From Pocillopora damicornis (lineage: Eukaryota), in the NCBI RefSeq assembly GCF_003704095.1, contig NW_020845755.1, positions 1-64,000 of the forward strand: DNA of 64,000 nucleotides. The letters are read 5' to 3'. The notes below the pieces were generated by a model that saw only the letters and a program-made list of their open reading frames with translations, had not been told where the DNA came from and ran no database searches. The translations under genes and the position numbers were made by a program. Of the stretch, positions 12,101 through 27,100 are shown piece after piece. Each line of letters starts with the position of its first letter. Within the stretch, counting starts at the first letter, position 1.

Positions 12101-15100
12101 TACACGCTGCATTTGTGTGAAGTACTCGAATTTAAACTTAGTTTTTCAAATGCATGAATTCTTCACTGATTTTGATTTGTACCAGGGAAAAGGCAAGTCG
12201 CGTCTTTTGCAATGGTCAAAATCGAACAGCATTACCGCTTAGCGTCGTGAAAATAGTACTAAGAAGTATGATAGTAGAAGGATGTAGATGGTTGATGTGC
12301 GAATTAGAAATTATATATAGAAAAAGAGGGGGGGAGAGAGTTTTTCTAACTAAACTAGTACTGTCTGCTACATGAATACACGAATAAAAAAGCGAATACC
12401 TGAAGCGGAGAAATATTTTATCGATATATAGTTTACCTGCGCAGCACTTACGAAGAAAAGCTGTTCATTTGTGTAATTCAGTGCAGGAAGTTGAGGTTCC
12501 TCGCCATTTTTCTCAATCCATTTTTTATAAGCCTGTAAAAAGACACTTTTTATTAGCGGCAACTTTTGACAGCAATTATCGGCTAAAAGGATTTTCCATC
12601 GATGAGGGTCCCGGGAAAGAGTCATCGCATACCTCCGGGGTCTTATGTTTACAGTCATACCAGGTTAACAGACAAAACAAAGCACGGTAGTTTTCTGATT
12701 TGTCAGATCTCACGAGGTTTTGAATAACTCATATGCGACAAAAGTAAATGCCATTTGAATGCAAAATGCTCCAATATCAAAACGTTTCCATGTTTCTGCA
12801 GCCTAAGTAAATTAAGACACTAAACACTGAAAATAATATTTGCTGAAAAATGTTTTTTTGTTTTTTTAATGACGTACCATAAACGCTTGCTTGATAGCTC
12901 CGTTGTCTGCAATATTTTCTCCAAGGGTTTGGATACCATTCAGCTATATTAAGAAAGGAATTAGGATTAGGAGACACTATATGCATGATGAATACCAAAA
13001 CTTACCATGTTAAGGTTATAAATACAATCTGAAAGGCGGATTTTGTTGAGCACGAAAGGATTTCTCCCTCACTGGAATTAAAATGCTCATCTGGGTTATA
13101 GCAGAACAGTAAATAGTTAAAGACCTCAGACTTCAGCGGAACATTGTATGTGTTTTTGACTAAGCGTGAGGTCAAGATGGCTGGATATTGGCCGAATTTT
13201 TTTTTTCTTCAGAGTTTTTATGGACCAAGTCGAGGTTGAGGTTCATAACATGCTAAAAAAGAATGAGGCTAATATCCAGTGACTTTTAACGAACAAGTTT
13301 GGTCATTTAAAAGAATTTATTATACATCTGTCTATTTGAGCACTTTCCTTACAACGAATCAAAGGCAATCTAAGGCACGTTAAACGAGCAAAGCCCACCC
13401 TATGATATGTTTTATATATATAAAAATTCCTGTAAACAATAATAATTTTTTCAGCTTTTGGTTGTACATTTATTGTGAAAGAGATCTTAAACTGGAACTT
13501 TCATCTCAAAGTGTCATCGAAGCAAACAATGCATTTCACCTCATATTTTTCTCATTTTACTTAAAATCTTCGGTAGATAATCTGTTGCCGTAATGTTAGC
13601 TTACGGCATTTTGCGAGATTTACTTTATCCTTACAAATGTAAGATAAAGACGGATCGGTATGGCCGTTTACTTAAATACCCTTGTTTTTTGTGGCTTTTT
13701 ACTGTCTTAAAATACCGGGCGCTTAATTAGGATCTTGACTAGGATCTTCAGTGGTTCATATTTTTCTCAAACACCGTCACATTCCACGAAAGGAAAGACA
13801 CAGTCTGACTCTTATGATCTGCGTCAAATGCACTCACCTTTTTCGCATAAGCTTCAAAGTTTGAATATTGCCTTATAAAACACTGAGATTTTTTTTCAAA
13901 AGCTTCGTTAGATGACTCAGACCACCAGTTAACAAGATCACCGTTCTTGTTGTATTTCCGACCTGCAAAAGAGCATAAATAAGAACAGTATACAGCTGAA
14001 GTCAATTATAATTATCATGATATTGATAATAATTTTATAATTTTAGCAACAAGAGCAAAACGCACCAATACTTGTGGTAAAAAAACAAATAAATAAATTA
14101 GTGATAGTTTGTTTCACGATTTAGTCACTTCAAGCGTATCCAGTTTACCATACCGCCTGAAGGGAGACTAGTATGCAGTCGGAATGTAATGACTGACATC
14201 AGATGCGACTACATTGTCAGAAATATATGATTTTACAACACAAGTGCATGTATAGGTGTATGAACGACTACAATCTTTTTAAGGAAAAAAAAAAAATAAA
14301 AACATGAGAATCAACACGAAAGCGATGATGATGATGATGATTGGAAGGCATGATATGGGTCTGCAGTCCGCATTTGTACATCGGAAAATTTCTCAGCTAT
14401 CAGTAAGAGAGTCAGCCATAACCTGCAGGAAAATTATCTCTCCGTCTCGCTGCATGTTTCGATCGTAAGTTTTGAGTTTTACTTTGCAGATCTTTTTCGC
14501 ACGTCATGGTGTATGAACAAGGCATTTGTTGTAATCAGATAAAAAATATGCCTTGTCATGCTGAGAAAAGAGTTTCTCGGCAAGAATCATGAATCGTGTT
14601 CAAACCACGCATATTCATACCGTTAGAAGAAACCAACATTAAAAACGTTTCTTAGCTTGCATGTAGTGTTGGAGAATCCAACCGTGAAGAGAGAGGACTC
14701 ATTTTTTCAAAATTCAATCCTGGTAAACATGACACAACCAGTGAAGAAAAGGATACTTAAAGTTTTATCCGTCCTCAACAGAACTTTCTAGAAAGCATAG
14801 AATAGGGAAACAAGCTTTTCCGAGAGCAGTCTTTTAGATAAAAGAGACAAAGGATGTATTACACGAGACGTTAATAAAGCAATTTTTTCTACAACCAGGC
14901 GGAAAGAATTCATAATAATATGTACTTATGACCGAGAGCCAAATATTTTCTCCTTCGATCGACCTAGCTCTTTAAAATGTTGTATGACTGTCGCTATTTC
15001 TACTTTTCTTCTCATTCTTGTTCGCATCTCGGGGCCCGTGTGACTTTCCTGATCCCGCTTACGCCATTTCATACGGCCCTCATACGAGAACTGTGCTCAA

Positions 15101-18100
15101 ACTTTTTTCAATATCAGCGCCCACAGAGACATGGCATGATAGCCGTTATTTCGCAAGATTTATTTTGAAGTTGCCATTGTAATCATATAAATAAACTGAA
15201 ACTCTTTTGAGTGAATGTAACGTGCCTTCTCTTATATAGGAGTCTTCCAAAAATGACAAAGCAAACAAGAAACGTTTAAAGAATAAATGGCTTTACATGC
15301 GGGCACCTGACTCTTTTGTTGTCCAGCCATCTCAATACCTAATCGAATCCCGAATCAGCAAGAGACAAGACCTTTCGTTCTCTGTGTTGTTAGTAACGGG
15401 AAGAATTATGTTCTTTACCATATCCTGATACCATTCACCCCTGAGTCAATTCGAAAAATTCGATCTCCCTGGGTGGTGGCCATATAAGTTATAACATCTA
15501 GCACGGATGTCCAGCGCGTTGGACACTCGTTCGATTTCGGTCAGCCCTACTCGCGCAAAAGGGGTTACATATTTACATACAGTGCAACTCGCGTTAAAAT
15601 TATTCATTGGTAATTGTGAGTGTTTATTCGCCAAGTATTTGAAAAAAAGGGGAAGGGAATCATTTGAGAATGGTTTTGTGACATTTAGCATAATTCTCTT
15701 TCACATGTAGATTAATTGTCTCGAAATTGCTTTTTGCGTTAATTCTGGCTGGGTGCCATTTCAATTACAATTAACAAATCGACGTGGTTTACCGTGGTCT
15801 TTACTCTTATCGACGACGTGGTCAAAATGTTGTGGACTCACGAGGCGCAGCCCACACTTAACCTCGGTCGATTTGACTTTTACCACAATATCGACGTCAA
15901 ATAAAACGATTCTTTCAGTGCGTGACCATTGCGAGACAGGTTAACGCGAGCAGTGTTATCTTTACTCTTATCTACAATGGCAAATTGGCCAATCAAATTG
16001 CGACATGACTGCCAATTGTGGTAAAAAACAAATTTCGAAACCGTTCATATACACGTATCATCTAACAATGATAATAATCAGGGTAATGATGAAGATGATG
16101 GTAATAATAATGGTGATGATTATAACAATGAATAGTAATCAGAATGATTATAACAATCATGATAATTATAAAATATGAAAATACAGTGATCGAAAGATGA
16201 ATGTTTTCACGATGACAGTGATCGTCCTGACTCTGCTTTAGAGAACAGGGGCTGAGGTTTTGACAACTTGAGGCTTCTGTCTACTTACCACTTCTCAACA
16301 AATTGATGACGTAAGCCAAAATTTCAGAGAACAGGTTTTCTTTATTGCATAAAATGTTGTCGAGTTGCATGTAACTGGATGAACTGGATGGCTCTTATCA
16401 GATGAAAAACGAAAATTTAATCCAACTACAAACTTTGTTACAAAGCTTTAAATAATACTTACCATTGCTATCAAATCCATGCGTTATTTCATGAGCAACT
16501 ACAATTCCTATTCCACCGTAGCTTATTGCTCTGATACAATAGAAACAAAGTGTTGAATAGTATGGCCATCTTAAAAATGTTTCTCATACGGCCAAAAAAA
16601 TAAAAACTAAATTATTTACAAGACTTACAAGAGTACATGTCAGTCTCAGGTGAAGTAGAGAAACAATATCAGTAAAATTTAATGCGCATGAGGTTGCCTG
16701 ATTTACTCAGATTAATCATGACATAATCTCACACGTGGCTTTTAAACATTTAAAATTTTTGCATATAGGAATCTCAAGCCAGTACGGGTGCTTTTATGTT
16801 ATTAAAGGAAATTGTTGTTTTTCACAAAATATTCTATTTTGAAAGAGACAATTGTGCCCCAGTGCCTTTGCTATGCTGGAGTAGGGAAGAATAGGGAGGC
16901 AATAAGGAAGAAATGAGAGAATTAATATCCCTTGTTAGTCACAAGAGCGACTCTGAGTGAGCTTCAATTACGCGAAAACGACGAGGAATCACCACTGAAG
17001 ATAAGACATATATGTTATTTACCAGCCGTGTGGTCCGTATTCGGAAAAACTGTGCCCGAAGTCTTAGATACGGTACTAAAGACAGAGGGAACAGTTTTTC
17101 CTGATATGGACCAACTTAGGCTGGTGAATAAAATATTTCTTTTCTAAAAACTTAACAATATGCTTTCCGAAAGAATCTTTAACTCAAACATGACAAATGA
17201 AAAGTAGGTAAGTAACCTTTGCCATAATTTGAACCCAGTATATTAGACTAACACAAAGCGTGATTTGATCTGCCAAATGACTGTCAAAGTCAACTGCTGA
17301 ACATAGTTTCAGGGTTGATGTAATCAAAGGTGACGAGTTGGGTGTCAGAATGTCGTTTTTATTTACCCTAGTTTTGAGGGCAGCAAATGATCTTGTTGCT
17401 GCTATTACATATAAGTCGAAAATTAACACACAGTACAAGACCAATAATATTGATCGATTTTATCAGGAGCTCTCACCCTGCCTGACATTACAAAAAGGCA
17501 ACGAAGCAAATCGGATCTGGTATTGCAACATTGGTTACAGGATGCCATAAGTTGCAACTGAGCCAACTCAGAGAAATGTATGTATGTATTTTGTCAAAAA
17601 GTTAGAAAATGTGTGCCCTTGATGTTCATCATCAATTGGTGTGTTTACTCGAAGATAATCCAAATATGGCTTCGGAAAAAGTTATCGAAAATGGCTCGAC
17701 ATGCGCTATTCCAAATTCTCCCCTCATTCAGATGTAAACGATACTCTTTTAACCAAAACAGTGTTGTGAGTATTATTGCCCCGCCCAGTTTCTCTTAGTT
17801 TTCTCGTGGACACGATCTTTACCTGGTTTTATCCGGGTTCAGAGGTTATCTGTTGTTAAATACCAGTTATTTGGCCTAGCCACAGTTGATTCACTGTCCT
17901 GGACCCGGAAGGACCTGAACTGTTTAGTGTCGTCAACATAATAGTCCTTTGCCGTTGCGGAATCGATGGTAAATCATTGGCATAAACTATGAAGAGGTGC
18001 CTAAGGATGCTGCTCAATGGAATGCTCCAGTTCATAAGCAACAGGTCGGACAAGGCAAAATCTATGCGCATAGCCTAGTACAATTGAGGCACCGGATAGC

Positions 18101-21100
18101 AGAAGATGGCAAGCCAATGTCTTGTTGAATAATAACTATCTCATAACTGATACTATCAAACGCCTTGCTCGTCTTAAAGAGAACAACAGCTGTTGTTCCC
18201 TTATGGTCCAACGCATTAAGAATACAATCAGACGTAAACAAGAGAGAAGTCTCGGTCGAATGCCAATGGCCCGGTAAATACATTGTAAGAAACCACTCGC
18301 TGTGATCGACCTGTTCTTGGAGGCATAGCTGATGAAAGTCCGAAGTCGAAAGAAAGGTAAAGTCTCGCGAAAGGTCATCCTCTCATACATGCACAAATAC
18401 CGCCGTCGATCTTTCCATGGCCGCGATCCAGGCGCTATAAATCATAGCGTGGAATTTCAACCTCAACGTCCAGAACAAGCAGCCTAACCAGGTTTTCGAA
18501 GCCGTAAAGGTTTTAAAAACATTTTTTGCCTCAAAGTTTTTGATTGAGATGAAATTTCTCAGTTCCTCAGGAAAGCGCGCGTTCAAGTGAGTGATCTCTG
18601 CTCTTAGAAAATTATCGGCGAAATTGTTTAGTTGACTTCCTAACTTGTGTTAACCGTGGACCAAGCTTCTAGCAAGATAGCCACAACGCTTCAAAGAAAT
18701 TTGAGGGATTTGGCTGAAACAGGGTTTCTAACCCAGAACTTAAGTTTTTTAGTTTAGTTTTGTCCTCTTTTGGAGAAGATAAAGCGACAAGGATAGGGAA
18801 TAAAGCCGAAAAAGTCAAAGCGAATCAAGACGCGAGCGCAATTTACCTGTGTAGGTTTATATGGCTTATGATCAATCGATTGAATCACGGATTTAATCGA
18901 AGACTGAGGTATCTTATCTAGAGAGCACGAAGTAAACTCCTCGTGAAATAATATTATAGCGATCTCCAGCATTGTCGACATGGACTCATGCAATGTCATC
19001 AGTTCATTTACTAACTATTTCAAGTCCCGGTATTTGAAAAGACTACCCAATTTGATCTGGTGACTTATACTTTACAAAAATCCTCATCACCAATGCCCTA
19101 ACCTTCATGGGGGTTAATGTACATTTATCCATTGACTTGCCATAAGTGTAAAATTGCTTCACAGAGGAGATCGATGGCACTCTCGGTTGGTGAATGAGAG
19201 TTTTAGTGAAGAAATGTAAAATGGTTTCCGTGTTTACATAGCCTGATGTAAACACGCGGGAGGTTGGGAGAACACGAGATAAGCGTAGGAAACCACGACG
19301 CGAATCGGAGTGGTTTCCAGCTATCGAGCCCTAACCTCCCAAGTGTTTACATCAGGCTATGTAAAACCGGAAACTATTTTACATTTCTTTTATAAAATAA
19401 CTAATGAAAGAGGAATGAAAACCGTATTTTCATATGCTCATGTAAAATGGTTTTATGGCCAATCAGAGCGCGCGTACTATTTGAATTATTTCATAAAAGG
19501 GGTTCTAAATGGAATTGATTTTATTTCGTTCTCTGCAAGATATGTTGAATTTAACAAAAGTGACTTCTGTTCCTCTGTGTCACGGACAACTAAAGAGCAA
19601 AATTTATCCTATTGACGCATGTTTGCTGTCTCTAACGTAAATTAGAAAGAGGTTGCCCTTGCTTAAAACACTTACCGAGGAAATTTTCTGTTGTAAAATG
19701 GAATTTGAAGTATTCCGGCTGGAAAAACTGCCGAAAAAATGAGAGGGCAAACATAAATAGGATACAAATCAACTATTTATTCTAAAGCATCTCAGCGATC
19801 CATATCCCAATCCGTTTTTGCTAAGTATCCCTTGTTCTAGATATAAAAGTTATAGTTTGAACAAGACCCAAAGGACAAGAGAGGAGGTAAGATCAAGTTA
19901 CATACATTTGCATTGTTAAACATAGCCTGAAAATTAAAATTTCCCTCAATCAATGAGTTAACGGAATGGTTTTTTTTTTTACATATTTATAGCTTGTGTA
20001 GCCTACAGACGGAGATATGTCAGTCTGGTGGATCTAAACCTTGTACATTGTAAGTACTTACTTTTAATTTGACTGGATTAAGATGACGCCTTTGAAAATA
20101 TTTATTACATAACCTGAGTTGTGTTACAAGGATTTCCAGCTCTGAGAAAAGCTATAACTGCGCACGCGTAAAATTGAGATAATTTTTTACCTGCGTTCGA
20201 TATCGGTAATCAGCTGTTGATGTAACTCGCCTTTCGCGCCCCTCTGTCAGGTTATTAGTGAATAGCAAAGTGTTTACCATTCTCACTGCTAGGTCTTTTG
20301 TCGAAATTTCTCGGATTATGGCTGCTAATAATACTGAAAGATTCTTATCGCTCATAGAAATTACAAACCCCTTCACGTTTTCTTATAGTTTATGCTTCAC
20401 GAGTTTAAAGAAAACTCTCATTCATAGCATCTCGCAGAAACAACCGAGGATGCGTCAATAGCTCGTTCAATAACAACTTTCTGTCCGAAACAAACCTCTC
20501 ATCGGGAAACCGTTTAACATCATAGTAATCTTACATCTACGTAGGCTACACCTTTCGTCACTACCTAAAACTGAGCTACTCCGAAGGACAAAAAAAAATT
20601 GAAAGCAAAAACAAAATTTACACACGGATACACACAAACATTACGAGAGAAAAAGACGAGGTTGGTCTGGGTCGTTAACAAATGTCTTATGGAGTCCTGG
20701 AGAAATTTTGCTAAAATAGGGCAAGATTTTAAAGGGTTTGGCTTTCCCAAGGTGTACCCTCTGAATTCAATTTTGTCGCGGGGCTGTTCGATTTTAAGGC
20801 TTTTTCCAGGAATCCATATGCGACCTCTTTGGTATTTCCAGTTGCACCATGCAGGTTGAGAGATCTTTCATTGAGATTTTCCGTTCCAAATAAGCCTCTA
20901 TATTCATCAACTGCTTCTTAAATACAAGTAAATCGTTTTCCAGTTTCCCTTTATCGCATTGCATATCTTTATCAATCTCTTTAACAGTCTTACCAAACTT
21001 TTGCGTCTTGATCTATAAGGTGCTGATTTCTGAATCTATTCTGTATACTGTCTTCCTGATGTTAGCTATTTCCCATTGGATCCCATTGATTTATATCTCT

Positions 21101-24100
21101 AGAATGTCCACCTTTACTGTCTTTTTTGAGAATTTCTATAACCTTTCTACCAGGAGCTTCCCTGATGTTAGGAGCCTTAATTACTTCATCATTCTTAGCT
21201 CTCGATCGGTTTTCGTCAGGAGAATTTTTTCAATCTGTGGATGATGACGATGACTGTCTATTCTTTCTCATTTGCATGTAAATAATTCGTTAGGTGGTGC
21301 AAAAAGCGAGAATAATGCTGGAGCTGAGCGAATAACTTTCACTGCTCCACCACACTAGTCTCAGTCTCCTCAAATTGTACTACTTGTGTATCGTATTGAG
21401 AGTCGTCGCATTATGGACGAATTTGAACGATGCTGGGATTTCTCTATATTAGTAATCTATTAAACCAACAAGGAAACATTTTTAAAGTTTATTTTTTTTT
21501 TGCAGAAATGTCAAGTCAGATGTTTTGGCGGAATCATCTCGATTCTCTTCTAGGACATTCAAGGTGAAAAAAGTTTGCATAACGGAATTTTTAACCGTCA
21601 CGGTAGAATGAAAGGTCGGTGGTGATTGGTTACTTCAATCTGTCGATAACGTTAATCATTTTTGAGAGGTACTGTGTGTTTGTTGTTTCAATGTCGGGTA
21701 TGAGTCATTTCTATGGAGACGGGAATTAATATATTATCTCTCAAAAGGAATTTGTTCCCAGCTAATAAGACAGCAGTTTAAGATTGTTTGTTGAAAGTAG
21801 ATCGTGCTGCAGGTTATCTGTAATTTCCTATGTTGTAACATTTCCTAGAGTCTCGTCGCTCATTTTTGCGCATTAGGGCTTTGATTAAGGCTTCTGATAG
21901 CTGTCTAGATGTATGAGATTAGGGAATCGGACTTGCCTTAATCTTCATTACTTGAAAATTAGTTACTTGTATTTACTTGACGTTTCTGCAGATGATTATT
22001 CTCATGTACTTACTGATTTTGTTGGTCACTCTGTCGTAGAAGGCATTGACCGTATGTGGGTGAATCATCCACCTAAATTAGAATAAATTGGAGAAATTGT
22101 GACTTCATCATTAAACAGGGAATTGGCTGGGGTTTCGCATAGCGAATAGCAGGCGAAGTAAAAATTTAACATTTTAGCTGTGATTATATATTAACGCTTG
22201 CTATGTGAAAAAGTTTTCAGCTTTCAAATCCTGGCGAAAAGAAAAATCCCGATGTATTTTCAAGTAAGTTACGCAGGATCTAATAGATTATAAATAAGAG
22301 ACGTTCTTTCCGAAACATTTTCCCGAATCTCCCCGAATTTTTTCTGTACGCGAATTTTTTTCCAAACTAGAGTAATGTAATTGGCCCTTACCTTTCTTTG
22401 TCTACAACATTACGAAGATCCTTTAACATTGTCTTCATAGAAAAAGTTCGGATGCTAATCACATTGTTGAAGTAAGAGGAATTATCCATTGTTAGCTGAA
22501 ACAAAACAAGAAAAAATTAATTTTGTTATTATGAAATTACTAAAAATAATCAAGTTCAATGAGGTAATCACGGTCAATTTACAGTTCCACATGTATAAAG
22601 TACCGTTAAATTTGTAATTTGTAAACAACATATCTTTATGTTTATTTAATCAAACTTTTACGGAAGTCTATGCATGTCGGGACACAGCCAATACACAAAC
22701 GTTGTATAGTATATTTGGTAGATTCAATCCATGCATGAAGGGTACAAAGTTTTTAAGGCCTCAGTTTGATGTAATCATTTTAATTATATCAAGAGACGAT
22801 ATCGATAATGGGGAACATAAAGCAAACACCACCAAAATCGTCCAAAATCTAATGATCAGGGGGTTGTTCAATATACTCGCATTATAACGTTTGTGTAAGC
22901 AACATTACGGTCCGTATAGTTATTACGGACCATTAACGTGACAGTCGTCGCTACCTTAAGCGTGGTATACGGTCCGTGAGTTACAATTAATTAATAGAAT
23001 AGAGGAAGTTCATGCTGAAAAAGTGGCTACGTACGGTTTGCCAATTCATTAGTGGATACGTGTTTTTTTCGTTCCATATTAATTGTGTTCGTCGGAATCG
23101 ACCGTAACATTCTTCAAAGGTCCGTCAAGAGCTAACTACTGTCTCTAAATTGCAGTTTTGGGAATATTTCCATGAACGCGTTTTTGTTCGTCAAACAACA
23201 AGTCCTTTTTTGTCACTCATGGATGCGAAGGAAAAAGATATGCAATCAACAAAAGGTCGAAAGTTGTGTGTCAAGTGGTCTTTGCATTCTTTTGGTAACA
23301 GTTTTTCCAACAGTCAGCAGCTGAAGCGCCGATTTGTTATTTTTTTCCATGCTATTGATGCCGACGTGTGCGTATGTTTCTCATTCTGATTCAAGATGAG
23401 ACCTCTCTTTCAGTGGGTCCTCTATCTTAATTCCGAGAAATTTAAGAAGCAAAAACAACGCATTCAAGTAAGAAAAAAATTGAAATATTTCAGTGTATTT
23501 ATTAGTTTTTCTATGGGTTGTGTGGTTCTTTTCAACAAATCCCTTTTAATTCTATCTTGTCACCAGTCCATTTCATTATATAGTCGCATGAAATGCATTT
23601 CGCTGGAAGGTAAGCATTTTGTGAGTGTTTGTGTTTTACATTTTCGGGTATTATCGGCATCCTACCGCTAGCTTGATTATAACATTACGCTCGAAAAGGA
23701 AAAGATCGTTTGGAGGAAATAATAAGCTGTTACCAAAAGTAAAGACCACTGAAGCTTAAGAAATTTCTTATTCAATCTCTTTAACTACATACGCATTCAT
23801 ACCACCATTTTAAAGGGACTACACAGGTCACTACTAACCTAAAGGTTGGGGGAACATCTATAAAAATAAAATAATCTTGTCTGATGTTTTTGGGGTAAGC
23901 ACTGGATGCACCTCTATCCCTGTTCAGCCCACATTACTCGCTCAAATGTTTTAAGAGCATGAATTTGTTGCTGGGGTTATAAAAGAATGCATATGCTGCT
24001 TCAGAGATGTGGTATAGAGAAAAGGAATATAAACCAGGCTATTTTGGAATATGATAAATGCCTGGCGTTAGACAAGGAAAAGGGCCGTTTTGAGTATCAC

Positions 24101-27100
24101 TCGACCTTACAATATCAAGAAAAATGTGAACCACGGTCACGGTGGTATGTTCAAGACTTAAAGTATTCTTTCATTCGTATCTACAATTTAAGCTTTTTTT
24201 TTCGTCACAGGTGCCTCCTAGTGGGGTAGGAGCGGTATTTAAATCGGGGATATTTGAACGAATTTGAACACGTTGAATTGAAACACTACATTTACTACCT
24301 GAAAAATTTGGCTGTCACACGCAACAATGAGCGATAACACTATTTCAGCCGACACTTTGAACAAACGTGAGCCAGTAATTCAAGGACAGATGGCTTAGTG
24401 ATGTTCGTCAACCTGGCTGGGAAAATCTTTTTGCAGTTTCTGAATCTTTAAGGAATCTAAGGGAACCTAAATAGAAGCTGGAGAGATGATACCCGACATA
24501 GGCCTAACTACTCCACACATCTCGCATCAACTCCAATACTACAGTAGTTAGAAATAGATTTGTATGTATATACACCCATTAGCGTTACTCCTGTTTTGTC
24601 AACTGATAACAAGTAAGGTTGATTGTTTGGTTAGGAAAGGGGTAGATGCGCAGTTGTTCACATACTGATAGTGATCCAAATGAATTAATTACGTGAGGCT
24701 CACCTATACATGTAAATCGAAGTTTGACTTCATTTCCCCATTCCTTCTTACCACCGACCAGGAAAACTGGCCAGCATCGCGCACGCATTTTTCATATGAC
24801 TCCTTCGTTTTTGAATGATGATAACGTAGAATCTCAATCACATTTCAACTTACTGGTAAGTACCATTTCGTTTTGTAAGTAACGTAAATTTTGTTGTCAC
24901 GCGTAAAGAACAATGGATACTTTACATATACACTCTCAACTTGATTAGCGATTGTAGCTTTTGAAGTAATGTGTCTTTTGTCTTCATCTGTTTGTTTACT
25001 TGAATTTGTGAGTAACCCAAGCAACGGGTGCACTCCGATTGCGTTGGATTATGGTAGCGTTGTTTTCAATATGTCGGTGAAGGCGGCAGATATCGGCAGA
25101 TTTTGACCGAACCTTCCGTAGAAGTTCGACCGTTCATTGTTCTTTCACTGAATACTGATACTGAATTTGTATAATTTTTTTTTACGTATTTATCGCGTAT
25201 TCAGTGGTTCTCAAGGACAAACGCAATCACTGTTTTGTAGTATGTAACTTGAGACCGGTTTTCGAGAAGGTCTGATTTGATGTTCATCGTAGTTTGAAGC
25301 CTTTCAAACGTTGGAATGGCAGCTTTGATCCTTCTTTAAAAGCCCTGACTAAATGAGAGCGCAGATTAGTAATCGAAGAAAAGGAAACAGACAATGAATC
25401 CCGTTTACATTCTACGCTACCTCGCTGCCGCCATGCACAAAAAATGTTCCCCCGACCGCGACAGAATGCAAATGACTAACCTTTTGTGTTACGACCATAA
25501 TGCAACGTAATCAGAGTGCGCACACCGCCTGTGGGTAACCTGTTTAAAAACTGTGGTACGTAACATATAATTCTTGTGTCGTTTGCCTACTTAATGAGCA
25601 TTCTTAGCGCTGCTTATTTGCGTGGCCTGTGGTTCCATGTTTAACGAACGAGGCATAGACTCTCTATTCTTATAAGTTCTCTGATTGGCTTGTTCTCCAC
25701 ATTGATACCATTTACTTTGTGGTGTTTACAAAGTGCATCAACCATGCTAAAGCCGAACACATATTAATTTGCTATTTCAATATGTCACTGACAAATGTTA
25801 ACGAGCTATTCTCAGTTTTACGCTAATGAAACAAGGTGTTCACATAATTATTTGCTTGAAGTTGTCTTGTAATAGGAAAAAAAGAACAAATGCGCACGAA
25901 ACTGAACACTGTTTGATGTGTCAAGAAATACACGATCCATACGCGCCGCAACCAAGGTTATCTGGAACTGACGATCCGGTCCGCAACAGTTTGACAGTGT
26001 AACCGAAGTCATGCGTAATTCTGCTCATCATTTATTAAAAAAAATCGACATCTCTAAATTACTAAACGTGAGTAGGAAAATACATGTTGAAGAACGAAAA
26101 CTTACATATAAACTCACCACGAAGAAAAACATTAACCTTAAGTAGTTACAAAAAGCGGATTCTGGAGCATCGTCAAATGCCACAAGTCACACCCCTCTTT
26201 ATTTAACTGCTGTATCACAGATCAACGAATTCATTAGATAAAAACCTAGGTTTCTGACACATTTTGAATTTCACAAGCCACCTCCTGTAAAACGCAAAGT
26301 AATTAACACACGCAACTGCCACACTTGCATGCTTCTTGATAGTTTAATACGACAGGATCTGCATCGATATTGTATCTTCCTATGAAGAAGTCGTGTTGTG
26401 CCTTGATTTTTTCTTCTGTCAAAACAGTGTCTATGTAAATGAAAACAGTCTGACAGTCTGAGTTTAAACCTTCATGATAAACACCCTCATCATCATCATG
26501 TTATAAAAATTTCCCCATACAAATTGTTTATTAGAATTTACTATTTTTGCATTCAAGTTGGTAAGCTTTTTCCATTACATCGGAAAGAAGGAGCATAACT
26601 CACATCATTTCGACTTTGTCCGTTCCAATGACAGCTGACACGATTCACCAGGATTGATCAGGTCAATTGAAAAACTTATTTTAATTCATACTCTGTTAAT
26701 CATCATGATCAACGAATTCCTTCGGGAGGTAGTTCAGTTCCAGCAGTAACTATCAAGAGCTCTTCTCTAACGAAACCACGCTTTGGTCCATCCTTCAGGT
26801 AATAGAGAACAGTTTCATTCTTATTCACAATTTTTCTCTCCATACCGTAGACCTTCAGAGACGACACTGGATCTGTAGTTCGCCTTTGACTACCTTCCAA
26901 CTCACCAGTTGCATCGAGGAATCTCACATTCTTTGAAGAGTCTCTTTTCCTTCAAGCCAACCGGTTTTGAATAAGTAATCGAACTCTCCGCGTTCACCAA
27001 CTTCTTCCGTCAACCACCTTTGATTGCGTCAACAGGATTTTTTCCCGTCAACCTGGTCACTTCTCCCATTCAGTGGATCTCTTTGATGAGGATGTGTCCC

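Noticed and set aside
14155-14195. CTGAAGGGAGACTAGTATGCAGTCGGAA, possible PLE hammerhead relic (similar at ~56720)
   Set aside because: Core boxes are mutated; too degenerate to call.
18330-18356. CTGATGA...GAAA hammerhead candidate
   Set aside because: No pairing stem II between the boxes.
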